Origin: Anaeramoeba ignava BMAN
Taxonomy: Eukaryota; Protista; Anaeramoebae
Direction: 5' to 3'
Assembly (NCBI GenBank): GCA_028826165.1
Contig: JAPDFW010000037.1
Location: 1 to 58,281 of the forward strand
DNA length: 58,281 bases
The notes beneath the pieces are model-generated. The model saw only the letters and a list, made by a program, of their open reading frames with translations. It was not told the DNA's origin and ran no database searches. Below are positions 1-12,300 of this stretch, piece after piece (the stretch's first letter is position 1; each line of letters begins with the position of its first letter). Position numbers and translations under genes: made by a program.

Positions 1-1112
1 TGATAATCGTAAATATTTTCGTTAAATCTTAATTTAGGAAGTTCAATTTGAATTGGAATTGATTGAGTATTTGTATCTCCAGTTCCTAATTGACCATACC
101 AATTACCACCAAATACTATTAATTTTGAATTAGAAGTTAAAATCAAATTATGATCTGCGCCAACACAAATTTCAAGAATATTATCATCATTTTCAAATAA
201 AGATGATTTGATTTCAGTAAATTCATAAGTATTTCCATTTTTTTTGCCAAGTCCATTATCTTGAGAATAACCAGTTGAATAAAGTTTTCTTTTTGGATTT
301 TGATTTTCATCTTCATTTTCAATCAACATTATTGAATGATTAATTCCACATTGAATATCAATTATTTTGCCTTTTGGAATATTTTGAATTTTGGTTAATT
401 TATTGATTTTATCTTCTTCTTTTCTTGATTCTCCTAATCCAAGTTGGCCATATTCATTATACCCGCATCCAAATAATTCTTGATTTGGATTTAAAAGAAA
501 AATATGTCTTGAATCAGTTCCTGAAAATATTTTAGAAACATTTTTCATCATTAAAATTGGTTTTTCTGTTTTTTTAAGCGTTTTAGAATCAAAACCAAGT
601 TGACCAAATTCATTTGAACCAATTCCATAAGCATTATGATTTGAAGTTAATAAGTAAATCGAACTTAATCCAGAAACAATATCTTCAATTATTCTATCAT
701 TTTTATCTTCAATTAATGATGAAATATTGATAAATTTATTTGGTTTTTTTGGATTAATATTTTCTCCTTTTGCAAATACATTTCCTTCTATTGTTAAAAT
801 AGCTTCATTTCGACAACCAACAGATACTTTTTGAATATTTTCAATTTGGATTTTTGAAGGATTTTGTTTTGAATTTAATAAATATTCTATTGCTTTTCCA
901 TTTTTAAAAAGGAAAATTGTTGAAAAATAACCTGATGAAATTTGTTTAATTTGATTTTCATTTTCATTTTCATTTTCATTTTCATTTTCATTTTCATTTT
1001 CATTTTCATTTTCATTTTCAAATTTAAATTGAATTGGTTTTGTTATTTTATCTGGTTTATTCTTGAAAAGTTTTGGATTTTGATTAAAACCAAAAAATAA
1101 AATTTCATTCAT
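1..1112 (-). CDS. RCC1-repeat/BTB protein paralogue 1 (3' end runs off the left edge)
   Basis: ATG at 1112 (MNEILFFGFNQNPKLF...). Nucleotide sequence is colinear with and highly similar to ORFs 1363-3243 and 3584-5389, with RCC1-type GxNxxGQLG motifs. Not in the ORF track because the stop lies outside the window. Confidence 0.88.
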   Translation of the reverse strand, partial: MNEILFFGFNQNPKLFKNKPDKITKPIQFKFENENENENENENENENENENENQIKQISSGYFSTIFLFKNGKAIEYLLNSKQNPSKIQIENIQKVSVGCRNEAILTIEGNVFAKGENINPKKPNKFINISSLIEDKNDRIIEDIVSGLSSIYLLTSNHNAYGIGSNEFGQLGFDSKTLKKTEKPILMMKNVSKIFSGTDSRHIFLLNPNQELFGCGYNEYGQLGLGESRKEEDKINKLTKIQNIPKGKIIDIQCGINHSIMLIENEDENQNPKRKLYSTGYSQDNGLGKKNGNTYEFTEIKSSLFENDDNILEICVGADHNLILTSNSKLIVFGGNWYGQLGTGDTNTQSIPIQIELPKLRFNENIYDY

Positions 1113-1362
1113 TTTTAAAAAGAAAAAAAATGAAAAAAATGAAAAAATAATTTTAATTTTAATTTTTAATTTTAATTTTAATTTTAATTTTAATTTTAAT
1201 TTTAATTTTAATTTTGATTTTGATTTTAATTTTGATTATAATTTTAATTTTGAATTTAATTTTAATTTTAATTTTGATTTTAATTTTAATTTTAATTTTA
1301 TTTTTAATTTTAATTTTAATTTTGATTTTGATTTTGATTTTGATTTCATTAATAATTCCATT

Positions 1363-3243
1363 TCAAAAAATTAAACAATTTTCTTTCTTTTCCTTTTTCT
1401 TTTTTTCTTGATTTTCTTCTTGATTTTGATTATTAAATTTGTTAATTAATAAATCAAATAAATTTGGATTTGTTTGATTTAATTGAAAATAATCAATTCC
1501 TCTTTTAATTTCATCAATTATTTCTTGTGTAATTTGAATATCATTTTTAATTTGATTTGAATAAATCCAATATTCAAATAATTGAAATGATTTATTACTT
1601 AATTCACTATAATCTGTAACTTTATTAGAAGTATCATTTGTTACAGATAAAAACATTCCTCGATATAATTCACTTCTCATTATTAATATTAATTTTGGAA
1701 ATTTATATTGTTTTTCTTTTCTTTCAATAATGAAATCTTTTTCATTTTCATTTTCATTTAAATAAATTCTTTTAATTGTTTCTTCAATTTTTTCATTTGA
1801 ATTTATAATTTCTTTAATTTCAGAATATAATTTTGGATTTATTTTGGAATTGTTTGAATAAATCATTTCAAATATTTGATTTGATTCTTTAATTGATTTA
1901 TTTGAAATAATTTCTTTAAGTTTTTCAATTTCATTTTCATTTTGATTTTGATTTAATCTATATTTTAATATTAATTTATGAGCTTCAATTATTTCTTCAT
2001 TTTTGGTTTTAAATGAAATATTACAAAATTCTTTTCTTCCAAATAGTTTTATCAAATCTTCTTCAAGATTGGAAAAAGAAGGAAGGGAATAATAAAGAAA
2101 TGAACTATTTTCTCCACAAGAAATATGATAATTAGAAACATTTTCGTTAAATCTTAATTTAGGAAGTTCAATTTGAATTGGAATTTTTTGATAATTTATA
2201 TCTCCTATTCCTAATTGACCAGACCAATTTCCACCAAATGTAATTAATTTCCCATTGGAAGTTAAAATCAAAGTATGATCTGCACCAACACAAATTTCAA
2301 GAATATAATCATTTTCATTTTCAAATAAAGATGATTTGATTTCAGTAAATTCATAAGTATTTTGATCATTTATGCCAAGTCCATTATATTGATAATTTCC
2401 ACATGAATAAAGTTTTCTTTTTGGATTTTGATTTTCATCTTCATTTTCAATCAACATTATTGAATAAGAAAATCCACATTGAATATCAATTATTTTACCT
2501 TTTGGAATATTTTGGATTTTGGTTACTTTATCAATTCTCTTTTCTTCTTTTCTTGATTCTCCTAATCCAAGTTGAGCATATTGATTATTACCGCATCCAA
2601 ATAATTCTTGATTTGAATTTAAAAGAAAAACATGATTTGAATCAGTTCCTGAAAATATTTTAGAAACATTTTTCATCATTAAAATTGGTTTTTCTGTTTT
2701 TTTAAGTGTTTTAAAATCAAAACCAAGTTGACCAAAATGATTTGAACCAATTCCATAAGAATTTTGATTTGAAGTTAATAAGTAAATTGAACTTAATCCA
2801 GAAACAATATCTTGAATTATTCTATCATTTTTATCTTTAATTAATGATGGAATATTAATAAATTTATTTGGTTTTTTTGGATTAATATTTTCTCCTTTTG
2901 CAAATACATTTCCTTCTATTGTTAAAATAGCTTCATTTCGACAACCAACAGATACTTTTTGAATATTTTCTTCAATTTGGATTTTTGAAGGATTTTGATT
3001 TGAATTACTTAAATATTCTATTGCTTTTCTATTTTCAAAAAGGAAAATTGTTGAAAAATAACCTGATGAAATTTGTTTAATTTGTTTTTCATTTTCATTT
3101 TCATTTTCATTTTCATTTTCATTTTCATTTTCATTTTCATTTTCATTTTCAAATTTAAATTGAGTTGGTTTTATTATTTTATATGGTTCATTTTTGATAA
3201 GAGTTGGATTTTGATTCCAACCAAAAAATAAACAATCATTCAT
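1363..3243 (-). CDS. RCC1-repeat (beta-propeller) + BTB/POZ-like protein paralogue 2, with C-terminal polybasic+CaaX tail
   Basis: Repeated GSNHFGQLG / GNNQYAQLGLG / GGNWSGQLG and CGFSYS / CVGADHTLIL RCC1 motifs. BTB-like segments FCNISF..IEAHKLILKYR and KDFII...FPKLILIMRSELYRGMF. Ends KKKKEKKENCLIF. Confidence 0.88.
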   Translation of the reverse strand: MNDCLFFGWNQNPTLIKNEPYKIIKPTQFKFENENENENENENENENENENEKQIKQISSGYFSTIFLFENRKAIEYLSNSNQNPSKIQIEENIQKVSVGCRNEAILTIEGNVFAKGENINPKKPNKFINIPSLIKDKNDRIIQDIVSGLSSIYLLTSNQNSYGIGSNHFGQLGFDFKTLKKTEKPILMMKNVSKIFSGTDSNHVFLLNSNQELFGCGNNQYAQLGLGESRKEEKRIDKVTKIQNIPKGKIIDIQCGFSYSIMLIENEDENQNPKRKLYSCGNYQYNGLGINDQNTYEFTEIKSSLFENENDYILEICVGADHTLILTSNGKLITFGGNWSGQLGIGDINYQKIPIQIELPKLRFNENVSNYHISCGENSSFLYYSLPSFSNLEEDLIKLFGRKEFCNISFKTKNEEIIEAHKLILKYRLNQNQNENEIEKLKEIISNKSIKESNQIFEMIYSNNSKINPKLYSEIKEIINSNEKIEETIKRIYLNENENEKDFIIERKEKQYKFPKLILIMRSELYRGMFLSVTNDTSNKVTDYSELSNKSFQLFEYWIYSNQIKNDIQITQEIIDEIKRGIDYFQLNQTNPNLFDLLINKFNNQNQEENQEKKKKEKKENCLIF

Positions 3244-3583
3244 TTTTGAAAATGAAAAAAATGAAAAAATAATTTTTAATTTTAATTTTGATTTTAATTT
3301 TAATTTTAATTTTGATTTTGATTTAAATTTTAATTTTAATTTTAATTTTAATTTTAATTTTAAATTTTAATTTTAATTTTAATTTTAATTTTAATTTTAA
3401 TTTTAATTTTAATTTTGATTTTGATTTTAATTTTGATTTTAATTTTAATTTTAATTTTAATTTTAATTTTGATTTTGATTTTAATTTTAATTTTAATTTT
3501 GATTTTAATTTTTGATTTTAATTTTAATTTTAATTTTGATTTTGATTTTAATTTTAATTTTAATTTTGATTTTGATTTTGATT

Positions 3584-5389
3584 TTAATTTTGATTTTGAT
3601 TTTGATTTTGATTTTGATTTTGATTATTAAATTTGTTAATTAATAAATCAAATAAATTTGGATATGTTTGATTTAATTGAAAATAATCAATTCCAATTTC
3701 AATTTCTTTAATGATTTCTTGTGTAATTTGAATTTCTTCTTTAATTTGATTTGAATAAATCCAATATTCAAATATTTGAAATGATTTATTACTTAATTCA
3801 CTATAATCTGTAACTTTATTTGAAGTATCATTTGTTACAGATAAAAACATTCCTCGATATAATTCACTTCTCATTATTAATATTAATTTAGGAAATTTAT
3901 ATTGTTTTTCATTTCTTTCAATAATGAAATCTTTTTCATTTTCATTTTCATTTAAATAAATTCTTTTCATTGTTTCTTCAATTTTTTCATTTGAATTTAT
4001 AATTTCTTTGATTTCAGAATATAATATTGGATTTATTATTCTGTTTGAATAAATCATTTCAAATATTTGATTTGATTCTTTAACTGATTTATTTGAAATA
4101 ATTTCTTGAAGTTTTTCAATTTGATTTTGATTTTGATTTAATCTATATTTCAATATTAATTTATGAGCTTCAATTATTTCTCCATTTTCTGTTTTAAATG
4201 AAATATTACAAAATTCTTTTCTTTCAAATAGTTTTATCAAATCTTCTTCAAGATTGGAAAAAAAAGAAAGAAAAGGGGAATAATAAAGAAATGAATTATT
4301 TTCTCCACAAGAAAGATGATAATCGTAAATATTTTCGTTAAATCTTAATTTAGGAAGTTCAATTTGAATTGGAATTTTTTGATTTTTTGTATCTCCAGTT
4401 CCTAATTGACCAGACCAATTTCCACCAAATCCAATTAATTTTGAATTAGAAGTTAAAATCAAAGTATGATCTGCACCAACACAAATTTCTCGAATATAAT
4501 CATTTTCATTTTCAAATAAAGATGATTTGATTTCAGTAAATTCATAAGTATTTTGATCATTTATGCCAAGTCCATTAAATTGATAATATCCACATGAATA
4601 AAGTTTTCTTTTTGGATTTTGATTTTCATTTTCATCTTCAATCAACATTATTGAATGATAAAATCCACATTGAATATCAATTATTTTACCTTTTGGAATA
4701 TTTTGGATTTTGGTTAATTTATCAATTCTCTTTTCTTCTTTTCTTGATTCTCCTAATCCAAGTTGACCAGTTTCATTATCACCACATCCAAATAATTCTT
4801 GATTTGAATTTAAAAGAAAAACATGATTTGAATCAGTTCCTGAAAATATTTTAGAAACATTTTTCATCATTAAAATTGGTTTTTCTGTTTTTTCGAGTGT
4901 TATAAAATTTGAACGAATTCGGCTATAATAATTATCACCAATTCCATAAGCATTTTGATTTGAAGTTAATAAGTAAATTGAACTATATCCAGAAACAATA
5001 TCTTCAATTATTCTATCATTTGTATCTTCAATTAATGATGAAATATTGGTAAATTGATTTGGATAATTTGAATTAATATTTCTTCCTTTGGCAAATACAT
5101 TTCCTTCTTTTGTTAAAATAGCTTCATTTTGACAACCAACAATTACTTTTTGAATATTTTTGATTTGAATTTTTTGAGGATTTTGATTTCTTAAATATTC
5201 TATTGCTTTTCCATTTTTAAAAAGGAAAATTATTGAAAAATAACCTGATGAAATTTGTTTAATTTGATTTTCATTTTCATTTTCATTTTCATTTTCAAAT
5301 TTAAATTGAGTTAGTTTTGTTATTTTTTCTGGTTCATTTTTTAAAAATTTTTGTTTATTATTTTCACCAAAAAATAAACAATCATTCAT
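3584..5389 (-). CDS. RCC1-repeat + BTB/POZ-like protein paralogue 3
   Basis: Same architecture as the 1363-3243 ORF; ends in an NQ repeat. Confidence 0.88.
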   Translation of the reverse strand: MNDCLFFGENNKQKFLKNEPEKITKLTQFKFENENENENENQIKQISSGYFSIIFLFKNGKAIEYLRNQNPQKIQIKNIQKVIVGCQNEAILTKEGNVFAKGRNINSNYPNQFTNISSLIEDTNDRIIEDIVSGYSSIYLLTSNQNAYGIGDNYYSRIRSNFITLEKTEKPILMMKNVSKIFSGTDSNHVFLLNSNQELFGCGDNETGQLGLGESRKEEKRIDKLTKIQNIPKGKIIDIQCGFYHSIMLIEDENENQNPKRKLYSCGYYQFNGLGINDQNTYEFTEIKSSLFENENDYIREICVGADHTLILTSNSKLIGFGGNWSGQLGTGDTKNQKIPIQIELPKLRFNENIYDYHLSCGENNSFLYYSPFLSFFSNLEEDLIKLFERKEFCNISFKTENGEIIEAHKLILKYRLNQNQNQIEKLQEIISNKSVKESNQIFEMIYSNRIINPILYSEIKEIINSNEKIEETMKRIYLNENENEKDFIIERNEKQYKFPKLILIMRSELYRGMFLSVTNDTSNKVTDYSELSNKSFQIFEYWIYSNQIKEEIQITQEIIKEIEIGIDYFQLNQTYPNLFDLLINKFNNQNQNQNQNQNQN

Positions 5390-5585
5390 TTTGAAAAAGA
5401 AAAAAATGAAAAAAATGAAATTTTAATTTTGAATTAAATTTAATATTTTTTCTAAAATTTTAATTGTTGTTCTCGAATCACTAAAATAAAAATAAAAAAA
5501 ATTGAATTGAATTGAATTGAATTGAATTGAATTGAATTAATATTTTTCTTTTTAAATTAATTTAGATTAAAAAATTTTTTAGTTA

Positions 5586-6036
5586 CTATTCATTTTTCCC
5601 ATTTTCCAAATCAATTTTTTCACAATAAGAAAAAATTTGGAAAATCAAATTTTGTTCTTTCCAAATTTTGTCTAAAATCAAACACATACTTTCTTGGTTA
5701 TTTTGAGTAATTATTGAACCATTTCCAATCCAAAAATATGACCCTTTAAATTTTTTGTTATTTCTTTGAATTATTCCTAAAGAAAGTAAAACTAAATTTT
5801 TTTTTTTGTTCCATTTTTTTTTGTTCCACTTTTTTTTTTTTTTTAAAAAAATTTTTACTTGATAATAAATCATAAATTCTTTGTTCATTTGTTAATAATT
5901 CTGATTGAATTTCCTCAAATGTTATTTTTCCTTTTTTTTCTAAAAGAAAAATTAAATTTTTTGTTAATTCTTCTAAAGTTTTTCTTTCAAATTCATTTTC
6001 TAAATATTTTTTTGAATTAAATTCTTGATTTTCCAT
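5586..6036 (-). CDS. Small E2F/DP-family winged-helix protein, 2 exons (6036-5859, 5791-5586), about 127 aa
   Basis: Removing a 67-nt GT-AG intron (5858-5792) joins two ORFs into ERKTLEELTKNLIFLL...EQRIYDLLSILLSLGIIQR...YFWIG. This matches the E2F DNA-binding pattern (SLgLLTkkF...RRIYDitNVLegi...WlG). Confidence 0.72.
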
Positions 6037-6372
6037 TTTTTTTTTTAATTTGAAAAAATTTTAAAAAATGAAATTTTAAAAATTAAAATAAAAAGGATTG
6101 AAATTGAAATTGAAATTGACATTTAAAATTGAAAGTGGAAAAATTTGGAAAAAATTTTTTTATTTGTTGATTAATAAAGAAAAAAAAATCCAAAAAAAAA
6201 AAACTTTTTAATTTTTTCATTTTAATTGACAAAAAATTAGTTTAATTAATTCAAAATTATTTTGAAAAATTATTTTTTTTAATACAAAAAACAAACAAAA
6301 ACAAAAAATGAAAAAATTTTTTTTAAAATCATTTTTTTTTTTGCTTTTTTTTTCAATTTTTTTTAATTTTAA

Positions 6373-9300
6373 ATGTTTAGTTCAAATAAAATTAATCCAC
6401 CTGATTATGAGACAGAAAAAGAATCAATTTTGATTCGTAGAGATCGATTACAAAATATTTGTGCATTTCCTAAAGATGATATTTCTATTGAAATAATTAA
6501 ACATAAATCAAGAGTTCAAACAAATGATCTTCCAGTGTGTTTTTATTTTTTCAAAAAGCATTAAACATTCCAATTCAATTATAATTATAAATTTAAATAT
6601 AATTATAAATATAAATATAAATATAAATATATAAATATAATTATAATTATAATTATAAATATAAATATAAATTTAAATTTAAATATAAATATAAATTTAA
6701 ATTCAATTTGAAATTAAAAAAATTTTAAAAGTTTAAAGATTTAAATGTTCCAGAAATCCAACCTTTTGTCAGAGAATGCATCAAACCTCTCATATCAGAT
6801 TGGAAAATTATGAAATGGAATTATAGACAATACCATAAAGGATTGATTCAAATGCAAGAGAATTTCAAAGAAAGAGAAATAGGAAAACAACAACTTGAAG
6901 AAAAAAAAGTTTCTCTTAGAGAAAGATTGGCACAAGCTAAAAGAGCACGCATGGGGGTTGTTACCACAACAAATCGAAGAAAAAAATCACAATCAAGAAC
7001 AATAGGTTATAATACAAAACACAATCTTCAAGAAGAATACCACAAACCAAAACACGAAAAAAATGATCAAAATGAAAATCAAAATGAAAATGAAAATGAA
7101 AATCAAAATGAAAATCAAAATCAAAATGAAAATCAAAATGAAAATCAAAATGAAAATGATTTGGATTCTTTTCCTAAATATGATTTTGAAATTGACCGTT
7201 TAGAATCGCTTGAAAAAGAAGATCCCAAATCAAAAACATCTTTAAAACTCTTTTTCGAATATGATCATTTGGATTCTTTATCGATTTTACAACAGAAAAT
7301 TGAGATTGACCCAACAGAAATTGATGAGGAAATTTTAAATGAATCTTCTTCAAGAAATTTATCCGATTTCGAGAAGAAAATTAATCGCAAAACCATCTTT
7401 GAAATTGCAGGAAATATCAGTGTGGATAATCTTTTTGGCGATCCTCGAATAGTTCCACAACCACCTCAGAAACCAACTCCTTTTCGATTTGTGGTTCAAC
7501 CTGTCGAACTCTCTTTCCAATTAGAAACTAATGAACCATTTTTTTGCACACTTGCTCTTTATGATATTTCCAAAAAATATAAAATTTCGGAGAATTTCCA
7601 TTTTGAATTGAATGATGAAAATTCTCTTAGTTTGATTAAAGCCTATCGTTCGAAAACAATTGATAATGAAACCTTAACAACTCAAGCTCTTTTTAACATT
7701 ACTGAACCAAACAAAAATATGTATCTTGTGTTAAGAATAGAAAAAGTATTTCAAGAAGAATATAGTAAAGTGATTGAGCCCTATTTAAAAATGAATGTAA
7801 GCAAAATGAAAATTTAATTTAATTTAATTTAATTTAATTTTATTTATTTTAATTTAATTTATTTATTTTAATTTAATTTAATTTAATTTAATTTAATTTT
7901 ATTTATTTATAAGTCTGGCAAAAAATCAGGACTTAGTTTTTCAAAAGTAAACTCACAAATCGAAATTTCTTGCATCACATTCGGAAAATACAGACAAGCA
8001 TTTGGATGGTCAGCGTTGCCTATTTTTGACAGAAATAAAGCATTTCTTTTTGGTCAAGATTCAGGAACAAAAATGGAACCAATATTTCCCGTCAAAGATG
8101 ATCTAACAGACGAATATATATATTCATTTTTAAACGACAAAAAAAACAACAAAATACCCAAGCAACAATTGCTTCCTGGAACCTTTCTTTTCTTGGGGAA
8201 AATCGTGAATGATATTGATGAAATTGAAGAACGTATTTTGGATCCATCACTTTTCCTATTGGAGAAAGCCAAAAAGGAAGATGAAAATGAAAATGCAAAT
8301 GTAAATGCAAATGAAAATATAAATGCAAATATAAATGCAAACGAAGAGTTTGTTCACGAAATACAAGAATTCGGGTTTGATATGTGCACATTTCCGTACG
8401 ATTCTTTTGTCAATAACATGTATCTTTATCCGCAAAATGTGATTCATAACAAGAAAATCAAAGGACTCAAAACACAAAATTTGGTTGTCAAAGTGCAAGT
8501 TTTTGCCGATGATTCCAATATCAAAGGTCCAGGTTTAAAGGTGATTTATGGACGAACACAAACGAAGAAATTTGTGAATGAAATATTTACTCATATTCGT
8601 GCGCAATCGCCCAAAAAACGACTTTATGATGAGATTAAAATTATGCTTCCCGTTTTCTGTCCAGAGAAACTCCATATTTTATTCAGCTTTTTTTATGTAT
8701 CCAAAGCAAAATCCAAGCGTTCTTTTGAAGCTGTGGAGACTTTTATTGGGCATTCAATACTTCCTTTATTACCCAAGAAGCAAGATTCTTTCCAACATCT
8801 GGAATCTTTGCCGATATATTTTGATCTTCCAGAAACAAACTATCTTGGAGAAATCAACAAAGAGACTTCATTAGAAAAGAAAAACCAGCAATTCAAACTC
8901 AAGATTATTATGATCAGTTCCATTTATCCCACAGACCAATTCTTATCGACTTTTTTCGCAAATTTCACTGAAAATAATCAGCAAAGTCTGATCAACTACA
9001 TCCAATCTTTAAATAAAGTTGGCGCACCAGCTGCGACAGAATTCTTTATTCCTTTGGTCAATATTTTGGTGCAGATTCTTGTCAATGGAGAAGTTTCTCG
9101 GATCCAATTTGAGGCATTCAACGCAATTGTGAAAATTGTGCTTCTGGTACAAGAATACCATCCAGGAGCCAAAAGTTTAATTTTCAAGCCATACATCCAT
9201 TACTGCTTTCAAAACCCTAACATTTTTATCCAGTATTACCAACAACAGGAAGAAAACCAGAACAAGAAAGAAGATAGATCATCCAAAACAAATATCGAAA

Positions 9301-12300
9301 AAATCCCATTGTCAAAAAGATTACCATTCAGACAAATTGTGTATCAATGGCGAAACTCATTGAAGTTTGAAAAGGCGCAATCAAACAACCAGCCCAAAAG
9401 TCATCTTGTGACTACATCTTGGTTTTTGTTTGAAATTGTGATCAAATCAATGGGGCTTCATTTGGATAATTTGAATCTGCTCAACGACATGACCCGAAGC
9501 CGCACTTCATGGTTCGAATTGGAGTATGTAAGAGACTTGGAGCTTCTTCTCGGGAGCTTAGTTGAAACTGTTCAAAACCAATCCGAAAGATTCTTTTCGA
9601 TCGCAAAATCACTGAATCGCACAATCGCGTATTTCCTCAAGGATCTGATTGGGTTGTTTGATCGTGGAGTTGTGTTTTCTTTAATTGATTTCTATCTCGA
9701 GAACTTGAAAAATAGCACAGACTCCAAATTGGTCAAGATGATTGAGTTTTCCTTTGATTTTTTACGCATCTTATCCCAATATGAGCATTATATCCCGTTG
9801 AATCTCCCGATAATCTCAGAGATTTCGCGGCACCAATTCAATTTGGATTCGTATTTATCACATAATTTTTTGGTTGGCTCATCACTTGATGCAGAAATCG
9901 ATCAAGAAGATATGCAAGAAAATGATGGGAATGAAAACGCCAAAGAAACTTTAAAGCAAAATGAAAAAGCAAACGAAAATAATGAATTAAGTATGAGTGA
10001 ATTCCACAAATTGCTTGATGAATTTGGGATTTCTCAACCATCTCTACAAATCAAAATCACGTCAGACGATTTCTCAGGAATGATAACTGAGATTGGAGAA
10101 AGCCGAATGCAAAGCACAATTCTCCAGTTGTTTTTCCATCAGCATTTTCTTATTGGAATGATTATCCAAAATGTTTGTCTTATTATCGACATACAATTCC
10201 AGAAGCTCATGAATGAAAACTTGAAAACAAGAGGAATATCTCTTTTGCGGCATCTATTGAACAGCCATGATCTTGACCAAAGATATCAAGATCAAGCATC
10301 AAAGCAGAGAATCGCGACGCTCTATCTTCCTGTGCTTATTGTCATGATAGACAACATTGAAGGAATCAAGAAAATGCTTGTCGCTGAAGAGCAAAAAGAG
10401 TTCATCATTTGCTTATTGTATCTTTTGAAAAACATCGATAGGCATTTACTTCTTAATGGATGGTGGCGCAATGAGATTTATTCCAAAAAAATAGGCTTTT
10501 TCCAACTGCTCAAGTTTTGTCTTGTGAAATTTCAATATATGGGAAAACAAAATATAAGTGAACAAACCGCAAAGAAATTCCAAGAGAAAAAACAGCAAAC
10601 AAACTTTAAAGTCTCGGAAGCTCGAGAATTATTGGAGCATTTCTACGAGTCTAAATTGGATATGGACAAAAACAAATACCCTTCTATTGGACAGCAGGAA
10701 TTATTCCAAACAAATGCAATGCAGGATGAATTCAGAATGAGTTACGATGTGAATGCAATGAACCCAGAAAGACCTTATTTCACGGATCTTTATTCTGGAG
10801 GCTCATTGAGACTGGAAGAAAACCCTGTTGAGAATATCAAAATGCTTCCAAAAGAAAATTGGAAGGAGTCGCGCAAAGAACTAACGCGAACAACGACTCT
10901 GGGAACTTTATCAGAGCGTCCCACTCCATTCGGCAATTTTATTTTGGAAGGAAATCTGAATTTCGAAGCAAGTTACACAATTCTCGAGCTTATTGATGAA
11001 CTTGTTTCGAGATGTCTTGTTGATTTTGGTGTTGGAAATATCGATTCCCAAGATAAACTGATTCTTGATAATATTTTCCAAGTTTTGCTTGTATTTTTTC
11101 AGACAAACCAAACTGATCTTCTTTTTGAACAGTTTCTTTTCACTTTGAAGGCATACATTACCAACTTCCAGCGCTTTCTTTTCCTTGATGACTATCCATT
11201 TTTACAGGATTTATGCACAGAACTATTAAGAGCATCGTTTTATCATAAAGAAAAAATACGCACTCTCGTTAATTCCCTTCTTTATTTATTGCTCAAGAAA
11301 AATTTCGAAATTTCCAATAATATTATGGCGATTGCGATTCGTTTGATGATTTCTCTTTCTAAAATTGTTTCCCAAACACAAGATCGCGAACAAGATTTAT
11401 TGATAAGAAGAACACTGAAGATTTTGAGAATGCTTGCCAAAAAAGAAAAACTTTGGGATTTTTATTCTCTTGTGAAAAACATGACGAAACAAATGGATAA
11501 AATTGCCAAAGATAGTTATAAACTAAAGCAATTCAGGCACGATCCTGAAATGACTTCTTTTCTATACTACAGAATCGCACAAAATTACCGGCACATTCCT
11601 GATGTTCGTTTGATTTGGTTGGAATCTTTAGTGAATTTCCATAAGAAAAACGATCAGCGCACCGAAGTTGCCATGACAATGGTTCATATGCTTGCTTTAG
11701 TTTCTGAGTGTTTATATCTAATCAATCCAGAACTCAAGCATATTCCTTCAGGCGCAAAAGATTTTGAAAAAATTACCACAAATTGCAGCGAGGAATCTTT
11801 TCCTCAGTATTTATCGATGATATATAGTTTCACTAATTATGGAGATGACAAACAATTCAATTCCAATGAAAATTTCAATTTAAATTTAAATGAAAACAAA
11901 AACCAATTTGATGATCTTGATTTCCATTTTGAAAATATACAAGAAGAAAACAACAAAAAAGAAGAAAAGAACAAAAAAGAAGAAAACAACAAAAAAGAAG
12001 AAAACAACAAAAAAGAAGAAAAGAAAAAAAAAGAACTCGAACAAAAGAAATTATTCTATCAATCCAAAAGTTTTTCCATTTTTAACTTCCAAACCAAAAA
12101 TGAGGATTTACCCATTCTTTCCAAAATCAAAGAATTTAATATAAAAGAAGACCAAAGCTCAATTTATCTAAAACAAGTATGCAAATCAACATACTTTTCG
12201 GAAAAGGGATTAGTCAATTTATTCCATGAAACAACCGAAGCATTAAAAAATGCCCAAATGTTTGAAAGCATTAACAAAATTTCCAAAATGCTCATTTCCA

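Noticed and set aside
1214-3630. Poly-IL / poly-DF ORFs (also 18172-18874, 32254-32463, 52866-54349)
   Set aside because: Alternative-frame or antisense readings of (AATCAA/AATTTT)n microsatellites; no coding signal of their own.
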